Below, piece after piece: positions 27,186 through 39,200 of a stretch of 64,000 nucleotides of DNA. The stretch is taken from positions 608,001 to 672,000 of the forward strand of contig OY843584.1 of NCBI GenBank assembly GCA_963692915.1. Direction: 5' to 3'. The notes beneath the pieces are model-generated. The model did no database searches and was not told where the DNA came from. It saw only the letters and a program-made list of their open reading frames with translations. Within the stretch, counting starts at the first letter, position 1. Every line of letters starts with the position of its first letter. The translations under genes and the position numbers were made by a program. Source of the DNA: Cenarchaeum sp. Its GTDB lineage: Archaea; Thermoproteota; Nitrososphaeria; Nitrososphaerales; Nitrosopumilaceae.

Positions 27186-30134
27186 ATGTCCCCATGGACC
27201 GAGCAGAACCGGCTCGGCAGGCCGGTGCGCAAGTTCGTCAATGGCGTGCCCGATCCGCGCTACTGGCAGGCCGGCCTTTACGCGAACGCCACGGTGCGGC
27301 CGACGCGCAATGCCCCCAACGTCTTTGAAATCTCGCCGGTCAGCGATCGCGAGTCAGTAATCCTCCCCTCGGCCTCGACGCGCTCGCTGGAGATCGTAAA
27401 GGATCCCGGCAGCGGGGGGATTCGCCTCCTCGCCTCGGCCTCGCCGGAGGACTCGTCATATCCGGCCGAGACCGGCCATGAATGCGCCAGGGTGGGTGCG
27501 GCAGCACCCGAGTGGGTGCGCGATCCGGCCGCGCGCGCCTTTGACGTCGAGCTTGCATCACAGCTAAACTTTGCGCCAGTCTCTGCACCGCCCAACATGC
27601 AAAACACGCTGGCGCGCACCATGGCCCCCAGGACAGGTGAGGGCATATGGGTGCAGGCAGTCTTTGAGAGCCAGACAGGCATCCTCGCGCGCCATGCGCT
27701 CGACGCGCACAGGGCCATACGGCGCGCGCATGGCGCAGACGGCAGCACCGGAATCATCGCGCGCACCCTTGAGCCCCACTATGCGTCAAGGGCCACCCTG
27801 CCGCTAGTCGCCCTCTCGATCAGGGGGGCGTTCCTCTCTGACTCGCCTGAAGCAACGCTTGCCGCACTGGGCGCCGCCTTTGGATCCGTCTCCGTGGAGG
27901 GAGACTCGCTCAGCGCGCACATGTATGACATTGCGCCGCTCCTTGACTGGCTCGAGTCGCGACAGCTCGCCTCAGACGGCGCATACGACATACTGGGGCA
28001 CAACTGCGCAATGTGGAAAGACTCGAGGCTCGGCTTTGGGCGCGACATGTCCCCCGTCCTCGTGGCCACGCACCCCGAGCTCTCCGCGCTCCTGCGCATT
28101 CCCGACGACCCCGCACTGGAGATCAGGTACATGCGGCGCAGGCGCGGCGGCGCAGAAGAGGTCGTGCTTGGCCATGACCTTGCGTCAGCTGACTATGCGC
28201 GCCTCACAGAGTCGCCGGCCTCGATATCCCCGGAGCACATGGAGTCCCACACGTATCTCCTGGGCGCAACGGGCACGGGCAAGACGTCCCTCATGAGGTC
28301 GCTTGCGCTGCACCTCTGCACGCCAAAGGGCAACGGCTACGACAGGGCCGTGATAATAGTGGACGTAAAGGACGACGACGCGCTGTCGTACCTCACGCAG
28401 CTCGACGCCGAGACACTCGACTCGGGCCGCGTGACATACATTGACATGAACCGCACCGAGTATGCGATAAACCCCCTCGAGCTGCCGCCCCATGACGAGT
28501 CCTCGCGGGACATGGTCGTCTCGCGCAAGATAGGCCAGGTCTCCTCGCTCCTAAAGGAGGTCTATTCGCAGCAGGCCGTCATGGTCCAGGTCGAGCGCCT
28601 CATCAGGCTCCTCCTCGCGCACCTCTACTCGCAAACGCCCTCGCCGACGATGGCCGACCTGTACGGCATCATCACGACGAGCCTGAATGACCCGACTGCA
28701 GCGGCGCGGCGCATGGCGACGGCCTCGCCGGACCTCTCGCAGGCGTTCGCCTCGCTCTCGAGGCTGCCGCGGGACTCGTGGACGCCGCTCATCAACAGGA
28801 TCGAGCCGTTTGCCATCGACGCGTACATGAAAAAGAGGTTCTCGGCGCGCCATGGGACAGTCGACTTTGCAAGGATGCTCGAGCCCGGCCAGATCACGAT
28901 ATTTCGCGCGTCTGAGGCCGAGACGCCCTCGCACGTGCACGCCATCATGCCCACGCTCATAGCGCTCGAGATATGGAACGCGCTCCTCTCACGGGCCGAG
29001 GCCGGCGGGAAGCGCACGCCTGTCACGCTGTTCCTTGACGAGTTTCACATGATGCGCGACGTCACGCTGCTAAAGTCGATGCTCTCGCGCGGGCGCTCCC
29101 TCGGCCTGGGCCTCGTGCTTGCGCACCAGAACCTCTCGCAGGTGGATCGCCCGATGCTTGACATGGTGCTCGGCAACACCTCGACGCACATACACGGCAG
29201 GGCAGTCGGGGGAGACGCGCGCACGATAGCCAACGCGATAGACCCCGCACACGCCGCCGAGATCATCGACCAGATCAGCGGCCTGCCAAACCATTCGTTT
29301 CTGATCAGCCGCGTCCCGCCAAAGGGCGCCGAGCGCGCCCCGCCGGTGCGCTTTGTGGCGCACGCCCCGCCGCCGCGCGTGACTGATGACGCGCACCTCG
29401 CGATGTTCCTCAAAAGGATGTCTGACACACACCGGCCTGATGACGGCGCAGGATCAATCCCGCATGACGCGTGGAAGGCAGAGCTGTCAGTCCTCCTGCC
29501 TGCCCGGCTATGGTGGCACATCATCGTGGCGATGCGCGACGGCGGCTCTAGTGTCACGCAGCTCGCCGAGAGCGCCGCTGTCGTGGGCCTCATCAAAATG
29601 CGCTACGAGATCTCCTCGGCGCTCACCTCGATGGTGCATGACAGGCTCGTGAAGAGGATCTCGGATCGCCGGAGCGGGACCGTGGCGCACCCGACGCACG
29701 CGCTCACCGACCTTGCCAGGGAGACGTACCTGCCCTGCTCATTTGGCGCGATCGGCCGTGCCAGGGGAGTCGAGGAGGCCGCGTGCGCGGCCTTTGAGCA
29801 CAATGTGGCCAAAGGCCGCTTTGCGGCCATCGCCGCGCAGGGGCGCACGATTGGCTCGTTGAACTCTGTTGACATGATCGCGTATGACTATGAGCGCGAC
29901 TGCGCGCGCAGCGTCGAGGTCGAGTCGGCAGCCGAGGTGAGCAGCCATCCCGAGCACGTCATACACAACATGTCAAAGTGGGAGGCCATGGGGTTTGTTG
30001 GCTGCGACACGTGGTCTGACTCACCGGCGGTGCTGCGCCTGCGCGAAAAGGTTCCCGAGCCTGTCCGCTCGGCAGTCAGGTGCTTTGTCCTGCAGGACGG
30101 CAAGTGGGTGTGCCATGGCGGCACGGGCAAGTGA
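27186..30134 (+). CDS. HerA/VirB4/VirD4-like ATPase (type IV coupling-protein family) with C-terminal extension
   Basis: Walker A GATGTGKT, IVDVKDD, INPLE, Walker B LFLDEFH, GRSLGLGLVLAHQNLSQ, LGN. Confidence 0.85.
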   Translation: MSPWTEQNRLGRPVRKFVNGVPDPRYWQAGLYANATVRPTRNAPNVFEISPVSDRESVILPSASTRSLEIVKDPGSGGIRLLASASPEDSSYPAETGHECARVGAAAPEWVRDPAARAFDVELASQLNFAPVSAPPNMQNTLARTMAPRTGEGIWVQAVFESQTGILARHALDAHRAIRRAHGADGSTGIIARTLEPHYASRATLPLVALSIRGAFLSDSPEATLAALGAAFGSVSVEGDSLSAHMYDIAPLLDWLESRQLASDGAYDILGHNCAMWKDSRLGFGRDMSPVLVATHPELSALLRIPDDPALEIRYMRRRRGGAEEVVLGHDLASADYARLTESPASISPEHMESHTYLLGATGTGKTSLMRSLALHLCTPKGNGYDRAVIIVDVKDDDALSYLTQLDAETLDSGRVTYIDMNRTEYAINPLELPPHDESSRDMVVSRKIGQVSSLLKEVYSQQAVMVQVERLIRLLLAHLYSQTPSPTMADLYGIITTSLNDPTAAARRMATASPDLSQAFASLSRLPRDSWTPLINRIEPFAIDAYMKKRFSARHGTVDFARMLEPGQITIFRASEAETPSHVHAIMPTLIALEIWNALLSRAEAGGKRTPVTLFLDEFHMMRDVTLLKSMLSRGRSLGLGLVLAHQNLSQVDRPMLDMVLGNTSTHIHGRAVGGDARTIANAIDPAHAAEIIDQISGLPNHSFLISRVPPKGAERAPPVRFVAHAPPPRVTDDAHLAMFLKRMSDTHRPDDGAGSIPHDAWKAELSVLLPARLWWHIIVAMRDGGSSVTQLAESAAVVGLIKMRYEISSALTSMVHDRLVKRISDRRSGTVAHPTHALTDLARETYLPCSFGAIGRARGVEEAACAAFEHNVAKGRFAAIAAQGRTIGSLNSVDMIAYDYERDCARSVEVESAAEVSSHPEHVIHNMSKWEAMGFVGCDTWSDSPAVLRLREKVPEPVRSAVRCFVLQDGKWVCHGGTGK

Positions 30135-30218
30135 TGTCGGCCAAGAGCAATATTTCCACGTGGCACACGCTTGCTATCTAATCAGGGCAATCATGACGCA
30201 CACGCGCATGCCGCGCAG

Positions 30219-33200
30219 CTATTCCGGGGGCGGCGCCGGATACATCTCCAGGAGCGCAAGCTCGGCGAGGTTTATCTCGTGGGCGATCTTTGCGCGGAGG
30301 CGCTCGAGGTACTCCTTTTGGTCCTCGGGCTCCGGGGAGGCGACATAGGCCGGCTCGGCAGCCGGCGCGGCCGGCGCAACTCCCATGGCGCGCAGGTGCT
30401 CCTCGGCGATCGCGCGCTCGGACGCGATGAGCTCCGCAAAGCTGTCGGTGCCGCGCGCCCAGCCGTGCTGCGTCGCGCGATCCTCCTCGTACATCGACTC
30501 GTCGATCTCGTGGTACAGCGAGGCGAGGTTGCGCAGCGGCTCGTACGTGCCGGCCGGGGTGATGCGGTAGACGCGGTACTCGTCGTCGAGCATGTACGTC
30601 ACGTGGCGCGTGTCATAGTCGTACGTCCCGTCGCCGTCGGCGTCAACGTTGCTGGCGATGAGCGGGTAGAGCACTAGCGCCCCGCCGTTGACCTCGATGC
30701 CGTGGCTCGGGTTTAGCGACTCGCCGGTCACGTGGACGCCGTGGTTGAAAAAGTTCTGCCACGAGTTGCGCCTCTCGTCCCAGACGACCGTCGAGACGAC
30801 GTCAAAGTTGAGGGGCTCGCGGAACGTGTGGTGTATCGTGACTATGCGGCACTCGGCCTCCGAGCCTGGCATGCACGCGCCGATCTCCGAGCTCGCGCGC
30901 AGCGTCTCGGCGTCTATCGTGTCGACTGCGCCGCCGACTGAGGCCGTCGCGTTGCCGTTGCCGTACGGCAGGCTCACCCTTATCTCGGCGCCCGACTCGC
31001 CAAAGTGCTGCCCGCGCCCCAGGCCAAAGGCCAGGCCGACGTGCCTGACGTTGAGCGGGCCCGTGTCCTCAAAGACCTTTATGATCGCGACGTTCTCCAC
31101 TCCGGTCTCCACGGTTATGAGCGGCATGGGCGTGTAATAGTACTCGGCGTCCACGGCCTCTCCGTTGTACGAGAACCCCTGGCTCACGCGCCTCGTCCCC
31201 GTGGAGTCGACTCCCAGCGTCGGCGGCGTGCAGTCATCGCAGCCGTCCCCGCCGCCGCCGCCGCCGGATCCGGCCTGCGTGGCGCCAAAGCGCGTAAAGT
31301 GGTTTGTCCATATCACGAGATCCCCGCCATCGCGCACGCGGCACTCCCTGAGCTCGATGGCGCCAGAGCCAATACCTCTCGGCACCCCAGAGTCATCAAA
31401 CGATTCGCACTCGGGTATGGAGTGAACGGTGAGGGCGTCTGCGCCGGACAGCCAGAACGCGTGAGCCGCAGCGCCGGCACCGAGCAGCCTTATCGCCACG
31501 GGCCTGTCAAATGTCATCGGAGTCGCATCACCGCTCTTGCCGAACTCGACAAGTATCGCCGGCGGCCTGGAGGACAGAACCCTGGTCACTGCCTCGTTGG
31601 CCGCAGTCTCCTCGTCTGTCCCCTCCGCCGCGACATACTCGGTGCCGCGCGCCGGGGGCGGGAGTCGCGCGACGGCGATGGACTCGTCAGTGTCAACATC
31701 CCCAAAGTCCTCGACCACCGTTGACTGGCGTAATGTGACAGTCGCCCCGTCCACGTTCACCGTTATCGTTCCGGCCAGCGTGTCACTGGGCAGCGAACTC
31801 AGGATGATCCTCGTGCTCTCGCCCAGCTCGCCTCTCTCCTCCCCTACAGCCTCGATTGTGTACTCGCCTGTGGCAGGCACGGTGAGCTCGAGCGCGCTAA
31901 GAGTGCCGCCAGCCTCGACCAGGGGCGCCTGCATGGTCGGCACGGGAACAAGCGGGTTACCGGCCCTGTCAGTCAGGCCCGATATGCTGATTGTGAAGGG
32001 GCCAAAGTTCACGCGCGAGTGCACTTGTCTGATCGTGTGCGTGGCAGCTTCGGGGGCTATGGTAAGCGTGAAGGTATGGACCTGGCCGATTGAGCCACTC
32101 GACACTATACTGGCTACGCCGTGCACAGGCTCGGTGTATATTGTCAGCTGATGCGTGTTTCCCGGTGGGCGAAACACTTGGAGGAACTCTGGAGGCACGG
32201 TGTCTATGACGGCGTTGCCGCCGGACGTAATGTCCGACTGGGTCAGTTCCACGTCAGTCGCGGGGTTTGCCCCCGTTGCGCGTATGGTAAACTCGAATGG
32301 GGCGTTGTCGTCGGCGGCGTCCACCACGAACGAGTGTGACCACGTCCTGTCGTCGGTGTCGCCGGCGTTGCCCATCGCCGTCGGCGCGCTTGTCCTGTGC
32401 GTGCCCGGCACCGTTATCGTCGGTGCCGGCGACGTCACGATGTCCTCGCTGAACGTGACGTCGAGTGTGATCCTGTCACCGGCGTTTGCGTACTGGGAGT
32501 TTGGCCCCGTCCTGTCCGTGAACGAGCCGCTAGCCTCGTCTGCGACGGTCAGCGTGAGCGGGTACGCCGAGAGCGGCGCGTCATCCGCAATGTCGTTCGT
32601 TGCCGTGTTGGCCGCCAGGCCATTGGCTGCCGCAGACGTGTCAAGTATGTCCGACATCATGGAGGCAGGGACGTCATAGCCCAGCGCGGGCGGCGTGACG
32701 GTCGTGTCGCCTGTGCCCCAGCCGCTTGCGATCACGGTCGACTCGGCCAGCGTGAGCGTGAGCGTGCGCCCGACAAGCTCCGCTGTTCCAAAGTCTGTGC
32801 CCTCCGTGACGGCCGAGGCGAGCTCTGTTGCCGTGGGCAGTGCGGGCGGGGTCGTCGCCGTCGCATAGTGGTACCAGCGCGAGGCGTCCGGCCCGCCGGC
32901 GGCGGCCGTGACGTCCTCGTCAAACGTGACCTCTATTGACCTGGGCGAGACCGTCTTGGCCGTAAAGAGCGGCGGCAGGCCGTCAATTGCCGTCGTGCGC
33001 CCCGCGATGGGCGTGCCGTCAGAGGCCAAGAGCACCGGCATTGTCTGGCCCGAGGCCGGCCTGTACGCGATGTGGGGGGTGGCATCAGAGGCCTGCGCGT
33101 CATACCCGATGTAGAACGTGAGCGGCTCGGTGTCGGTGCCGGAGCAGATGCTGGTAATGTCAAACGGCGTGGCTGACACCGCCGCCGGGGCGCCGCCGCT

Positions 33201-36200
33201 CGTGCACACAGCCGAGAACGCGGTGGCCTGCGTCCCGCCGGTTCCGTCACGCGCCGTGCCGACAAACCACTCGTCGAGGTGGATGTTGCCCGTGACCGTG
33301 CTGGTGAACACGATCCTGACATAGGTCGAGTCTGCCGCCCTGTGGGTCGTCGCCGTGTATGCGGCCGGCGGGATTATCTCCAAATACTCTTGCGTCACCT
33401 GCGTGCCGGCCGCAAGCGCATTGGGCGCCGTGGCCTTGTCCGTGACTTGGCCGAGGCGGATCATGTAGGTGGCTCCAAGTGTCGCATCACTCCCGAGGTT
33501 CATGCGCACAAAGTTATCCGAGCCGGGCTGCGTGAGGCTGTCCACGCCAAGGTCAGGCCTGATGCTCCACCCTGCAGTCGTGGATGGCAGCTCGACGCCT
33601 TCGGTGAACGTCACGTGCACGGTTCTGAGCGAGTGGAACGTGACAGAGACTATGGAGGGCACGAGCCTGTCCGGAACCATCACCGTTGAGCCGCTGGCCA
33701 GGGGGTTGCCGGCCCCGTCACTCAGTCCACTGCCCATATACGTCACAGTCGGCGCAAAGCTAGTGTCAACGTCCGCATCGGCGTACGCTATGGTCACGAG
33801 GTCGCGTGCCGAGTTGAGGGTCGCGCTCGTGACTGTGACTGTGGTCGTGCCCTCGGCGACTCCCCAGTCTGCTGAACCCACCGTTGCGCTTCTGGGCAGG
33901 TTCTCGGACAGCTTTACAGTCAGCGACGTGGCTGACGTCGTCCTCGTGTCAGCGTCTGTGAGCATTGTGGGAGGCGTGCGGTCTATGCTGACGCGGTATC
34001 CGGCACCTGCTATGGAGCTGCCGTCAGCATTAGTCGCGCGGGTCGTCAGGTCGGCGTGCGTGAATGTTGCCGCGCTTCCCTCAGCGTCCGTAACGGTGAT
34101 GCTGAACGTGACGTCACCTTCTGGCGAGCTGCTCGTCACGCTGTGCGAATAGATGTACCGTAGGGGGTTGGCCTGATCTGGCCTGAACACGCTCGTGCTA
34201 GTCACCGGCGAGCCCGAGTCCGTAAAGAACATCGCGGTGCCAAGAGCCGCCGTGTTACTGACTGTGGCGCTCACGGGAATGAGCGTGCTGCCGACGTAGA
34301 GCGGCTCGGTGACTGTTATGACAACCCACACATTGTCATTCAGGCGAGCAGGATTCGCGAGGTAGGGACTGTTTGAGGGGGTAGAGGCCTGCTTTCTCAT
34401 GTGCAGCGAGTCTCTGGCTGCCAGTGCGGGCGGCGCGCCGTCACCGGCCTCAGTCGAGTACGACAGCACGGCATTCACGCCATCCGTCAGGGTTCCGGCC
34501 ACATACATGACAGACGGCGTGGCCGCCGTCGAGGAGAGCGGCCCGTGCGTGATGAGGAGCTCCGTGACGGCAGGGCTCGACGGTATGGCCGGCGTGACTG
34601 CGTCACCTGCCCCTGCCGAGGTCTCCGGCGTTGCAGTCACCTTGCCGGAGGTCGCCACAGTCTCCACGCGCGATATGTCCAGCGCCACATTGCCTGCGTC
34701 ACTGGCCGCGTCGTTCTCGGTGACCGTCCAGTTCATCGTGTCAAGCGTGCCCCCAAGGCTGCCATCAAACGTGACCCTTGTTGTGGTCAGCGTCTGTGTC
34801 TCGGCCGTAAACGAGTCCGCAGTCGTGATCATGGCCGACTCTTCTGCGCCCACCGCGTTGGCAGGCTCGGCCATGTCCGCTATATCATAGTCTGGAATCA
34901 CCGTGTACTCCCTGTCAGCCATGATCGCCGAGCCGAGGCTGAGTGTGTACGTGGACAGTGTTTCGCGCATGGCGGACAGCACTTGTATCCCCACGGGGGA
35001 GGTGGAGGGGGAGCCGTCGTCTTCTTGCACAACCCAATTGTTGTCCGTGCCTTCGGTGCCCGCGACGTACGGGTTGGACGTGCCCTCTATGTTCTCCACA
35101 AACGTGACGGGCTCGGTGAACGTGACGTGCAGCGAGGTCGGCGTGGTTATCACGGCTGCCCTTATCTCCGGGGGCGCCGTGTCAGCGGCGGTGGCCTGGC
35201 TTGTCGTCAACACTGTAACGCCATAGGTCAGGTCGCCATCAGTGGCCGTGTATGTCACCTTTGGCGTCGAGGCCGTCGAGGCCAGGCCGTCGTGCGTTAG
35301 GATGATCGAGCGGCGGAGCAGCTCGGCAGGGCCTTCGAGAGTCCCAGTCGCCGCCGAGACTGCCGTGACGCGCCTGTCCGTGCCGGCCTCGGTCACGGCC
35401 CAGTCGTCGGCATCCAGTGTGCCGCCCGGCTGGAGCGGGAACGTCACGGCGATTGTCCTCGAGTCTATCGTCCTGGCCGTAAAGGCCGCCGGCGGGGCGT
35501 CCCCAAATGCCGCTGACACCGAGCGCTCCGTGACTGCGTTGCCCTGCGCGTCGGCCAGTCCGGTCGACGGCAGGCTGACTGTGTGCTCGACGCCAGTCGT
35601 GGCCGCAGAGGCCAGCGTGATGGTGAGCGTGTTCGTGCCTGCGTTGTACGCCGGCGATCCCGCTGCCGGCGTCACGGTGTCCGGATCGCTGCCGGCGTCG
35701 TCCCCGTCAGGCACGGTCACGGCGTACGTCAGGGTATCTATCGTCCCCGTGTTGGCCATCGCCTCGCCAAAGTTGACCGTGATCGTGTCAGCCGCGCCAA
35801 ACGAGGCCACAGGCGTCGGAGGGGCGCCGTCTGCGGCCATCCTTGCCACCAGCGCGGAGAGCGCATTGCCCACAGTGTCCACGATCCCCGGCGGGGCGTT
35901 CGAACCGGTCGGCACCGTGTAGGTGACCGGCGGCGTGGCCCCAGTCGACGCCGTGTCCGCATGATACAGCGTTAATGCGCCAGAGGGCTGGCTGCCGGCA
36001 TGCGAGGCCTGATGCACTCCAACTTGCCATCCAGCGGCGCGCTCTCCGGCGACAGGAAGCACGACGGCCTCGCTGAACGTAATGTCCGTCCCGGTGCGGC
36101 TCACAGTCTTTGCCGTGTACGTCGGCGGCATGTTGTCAACTGCCTCGGCGTCGTGATACGGCACGGAGAGTCCCTGGATGGCCGACGGGGTACCGCTCAC

Positions 36201-39200
36201 CCCGGGGGGCAGGCCGATTTGGGGGATGAGGTTGTGCCTCACATTTGGCGTGGATCCCGTCGATGAGAGCGGCGCGTGCGTGATTGTCATCTCGGTCGCC
36301 GTGTTCGATGGAGACAGCTTAATTGTGGGAAGGAGTTGCGATTGAGCCACAAACACGGACGCGGTGCCCAGCATGAGTGAGGATATCTGCCTCCTCTCGG
36401 ACGTCTGCGGATCACCGTCATCATCATCAGTCACTATCCAATGGCCAAGGTTGAGAAAGCCGCTAGTCAGCGGCGGGCCAAAGAACGACACAGTCGTGCT
36501 CGTCGGCGAGTTTGTCACTGCCGTGAATGGCGGCGCAGTCGCCATGACAGTCGTGGTCGTCAGGGCGTTGCCAGACGTGTCGGCCAGTCCCGTGGACGGC
36601 AGTGCCACCGCGTACACGTCGCGGTGTGTCGCCGTGCCGGCCAGCATCAGCTCCAGCGTGTGCGTGTGGGGATTGTACTCGTGTGGCCCGGACAGCGTCA
36701 CTGCTGTCGAGTCCTCGGTCACCGTGTAGGTGAGGCCCGCTATCGTCTCCGGACTGGCAAGGGCCTCGCTAAAGGCCACATTGATCACGCCGGGTGCCCC
36801 AAATGACGCGCTAGCCGTGGGCCCGATGCCGTCGGTGAGGGGCACAGACGATCCGGTGCGCAGGACGTTGCGCCCTGACGCGTCAACGACCCTGTTGGAG
36901 GCCGTGTCGGATCCCGTGTACAGCAGTGCCGTGCCGGCGGCCAGGTCGGTAAAGTCCAGTGCCTGTGTGCGCGTGAGCGTGATCCTGTCGGCGGCGACAT
37001 GGCCCGAGTCAAACGTTATGCCGCCGCCAATGGTCCACTCTGAGCCCGTGAGGACAATATTGGCGTCGACAGACTTTGAGAGCGTCGCGCTCACCTGCGT
37101 TGGCGAGTCGAGTGTCGCCGAGACCAGCGTCATCGGGGTGCCATCAACGACCGTTTTTGGCGGCGGTATCTCACGGGTGCGATCAACCAACATCAGTTCA
37201 TCCAGCGTGAACGGGTCGGTGTCCATCGGGTCGCCGCCAGAGTCGGCCAGGGCCGTCTGTCCTGCCAAAAGCGTCGCCGGCTTTGCGAACATGATGCCCG
37301 GCATTGATGTCAAATCCAAATTCGATATTGACTCGTGCCTTAGCGTAAACGCAGTCGCCGAGCTGAGCTCGACTGTCGGCGAGCGCAGCAGGTCGACTGT
37401 GCTGTGCTCGCCGGCCCTGACTGACTGGATCTCCACGGTGACCGGACCGTCAGACGTCATGCCCGCGAGGCTCCAGTCAGCGGCGCGCAGCGTCCCGCTC
37501 ACGGCCTCGTCAAGCCTGACCACCGTCGTGCGGTCGCCCGTCAAGAGCGCCACGGAGATCTCGGGGGCAGGCGAGTTAACGACCGAGATCCCGGATTTCC
37601 CAGCGGACTGGTTTGGCGGCGTGGCCCTATCCGCAAAGTTCTGCGCATCGGGAATGTATTCGCCGCTCTTGAGGCGCTGTGGCAGTGTCCCAACCACCTC
37701 GTTGGGGTTGGTCGGCGAGACCATGAGATTGGAGCCCCCAACAGAGCCTGCAACAGGTCCTGTTGTGCCGGCCGCGGTGTGCACATGTATAACGGACTCT
37801 GGAAGCACAGTGACAGGGCCACTGAATGTGACTCTCACGCTCGTGCCATCACTGCTAACAGATGGGGCAAAAGTGGTAATGCTCTCCTTGTCGACTGCGA
37901 CGATATCCCACACCCCGGCGCCCAGGTCCGTGCCGCCAAACGCTAGACCCCCAGTGGCCGGTGAGGTGTACCTGATCGTCGGCGTCTCATCAGGACCCAA
38001 GGCGCCAGAAAAGGCAACGCGAATGTCAAAGTCTAGCCTGTTATCTATCGTGGACGTGACACCTCTACCAGCGGATGAAAAGGGATGTCCAACTGCCGTA
38101 ACGGGTATTTCCCTCGTAGAATCAGGGAGGTTGATGATGACGAACTCGGATGCGCGAATCGTGCTGCCGTCCGCCCTGGACTTGAGAACTGCAAAATAGC
38201 TGGTATCGCCGGTCTTGTCCACACGGAACGGCGGCGTGTGCGTCAGTGTGCACGTGGCAGCGCACGTTGCGGGGTCAAATGGGGTGCCAGCGCTGTTCTC
38301 GAATGTCGGCGCGATGGTGTACACGACGCCGGGGATCGCATTGGCGCCTAGCGTGGCCGTGACGATCATGGCGGTAGTACGCGCAACACTCGACACGGTG
38401 ATCACGTCTGGCAGGGTGTCTGCGTCATGGGGAGTTAACGTGTTGTCAGGCGCCGTGACCCCAAGGTTGGACGTGGTGGCGGTGGACATGTCGATGGTGT
38501 CGTCAAACGTCATGCGAATCGTCTTTGAGCCCGTAAACTCTGCAGAGCTCAAAACCAGCGGCGGCGTGTGCGTCAGTTCGCACGTGGCGCCGCACGTTGC
38601 GGGGTCAAATGGGGTGCCGGGGCCGTTTGCGAATGTTGGCGCGATTGTGTACACGACGCCGGGGATCGCATCGGCGCTTAGCGTGGCCTCGACATTCCTG
38701 GCGGTAGAACGGGAAACACTCGACACGGTGATCACGTCTGGCATGGTGTCTGCGTCATGGGGAGTTAACGTGTTGTCAGGCGCAGTGACTGCCATGTTGG
38801 ACGTAGTGGCGGTGTCAGTGGCGATAGTGTCCACGAACTTCATGAGAATCGTCCTTGGGCCCGTAAACTCTGCTGAGGACAGAACATTCGCGCGCACGAG
38901 CACGTTGGCAGTGCTGCCTGACGTGGTGTCTTGCCAATTTATCAAGTTGGCTCCCGATGTTGGGCTCACGTTTGGGGGAGTTGCCGTGTCCCTGGCCACG
39001 ATGGTAAAGGTGAGTGTGAAACCACCGGTGTCAGCGGCATCTATAGTGAACGTGTGCCGCCAGCTCCGGTCATTGCTGTCGGCGGTGTTGACCATGTCCA
39101 CGGCCGTCGGCGTCCTGTGCGCTCCAGGGACCACTATCGTCGGCGCCGGCGATGTCGCGACGTCCTCGTCAAACGTCACGTCTATGGTAATCCTGTCACC

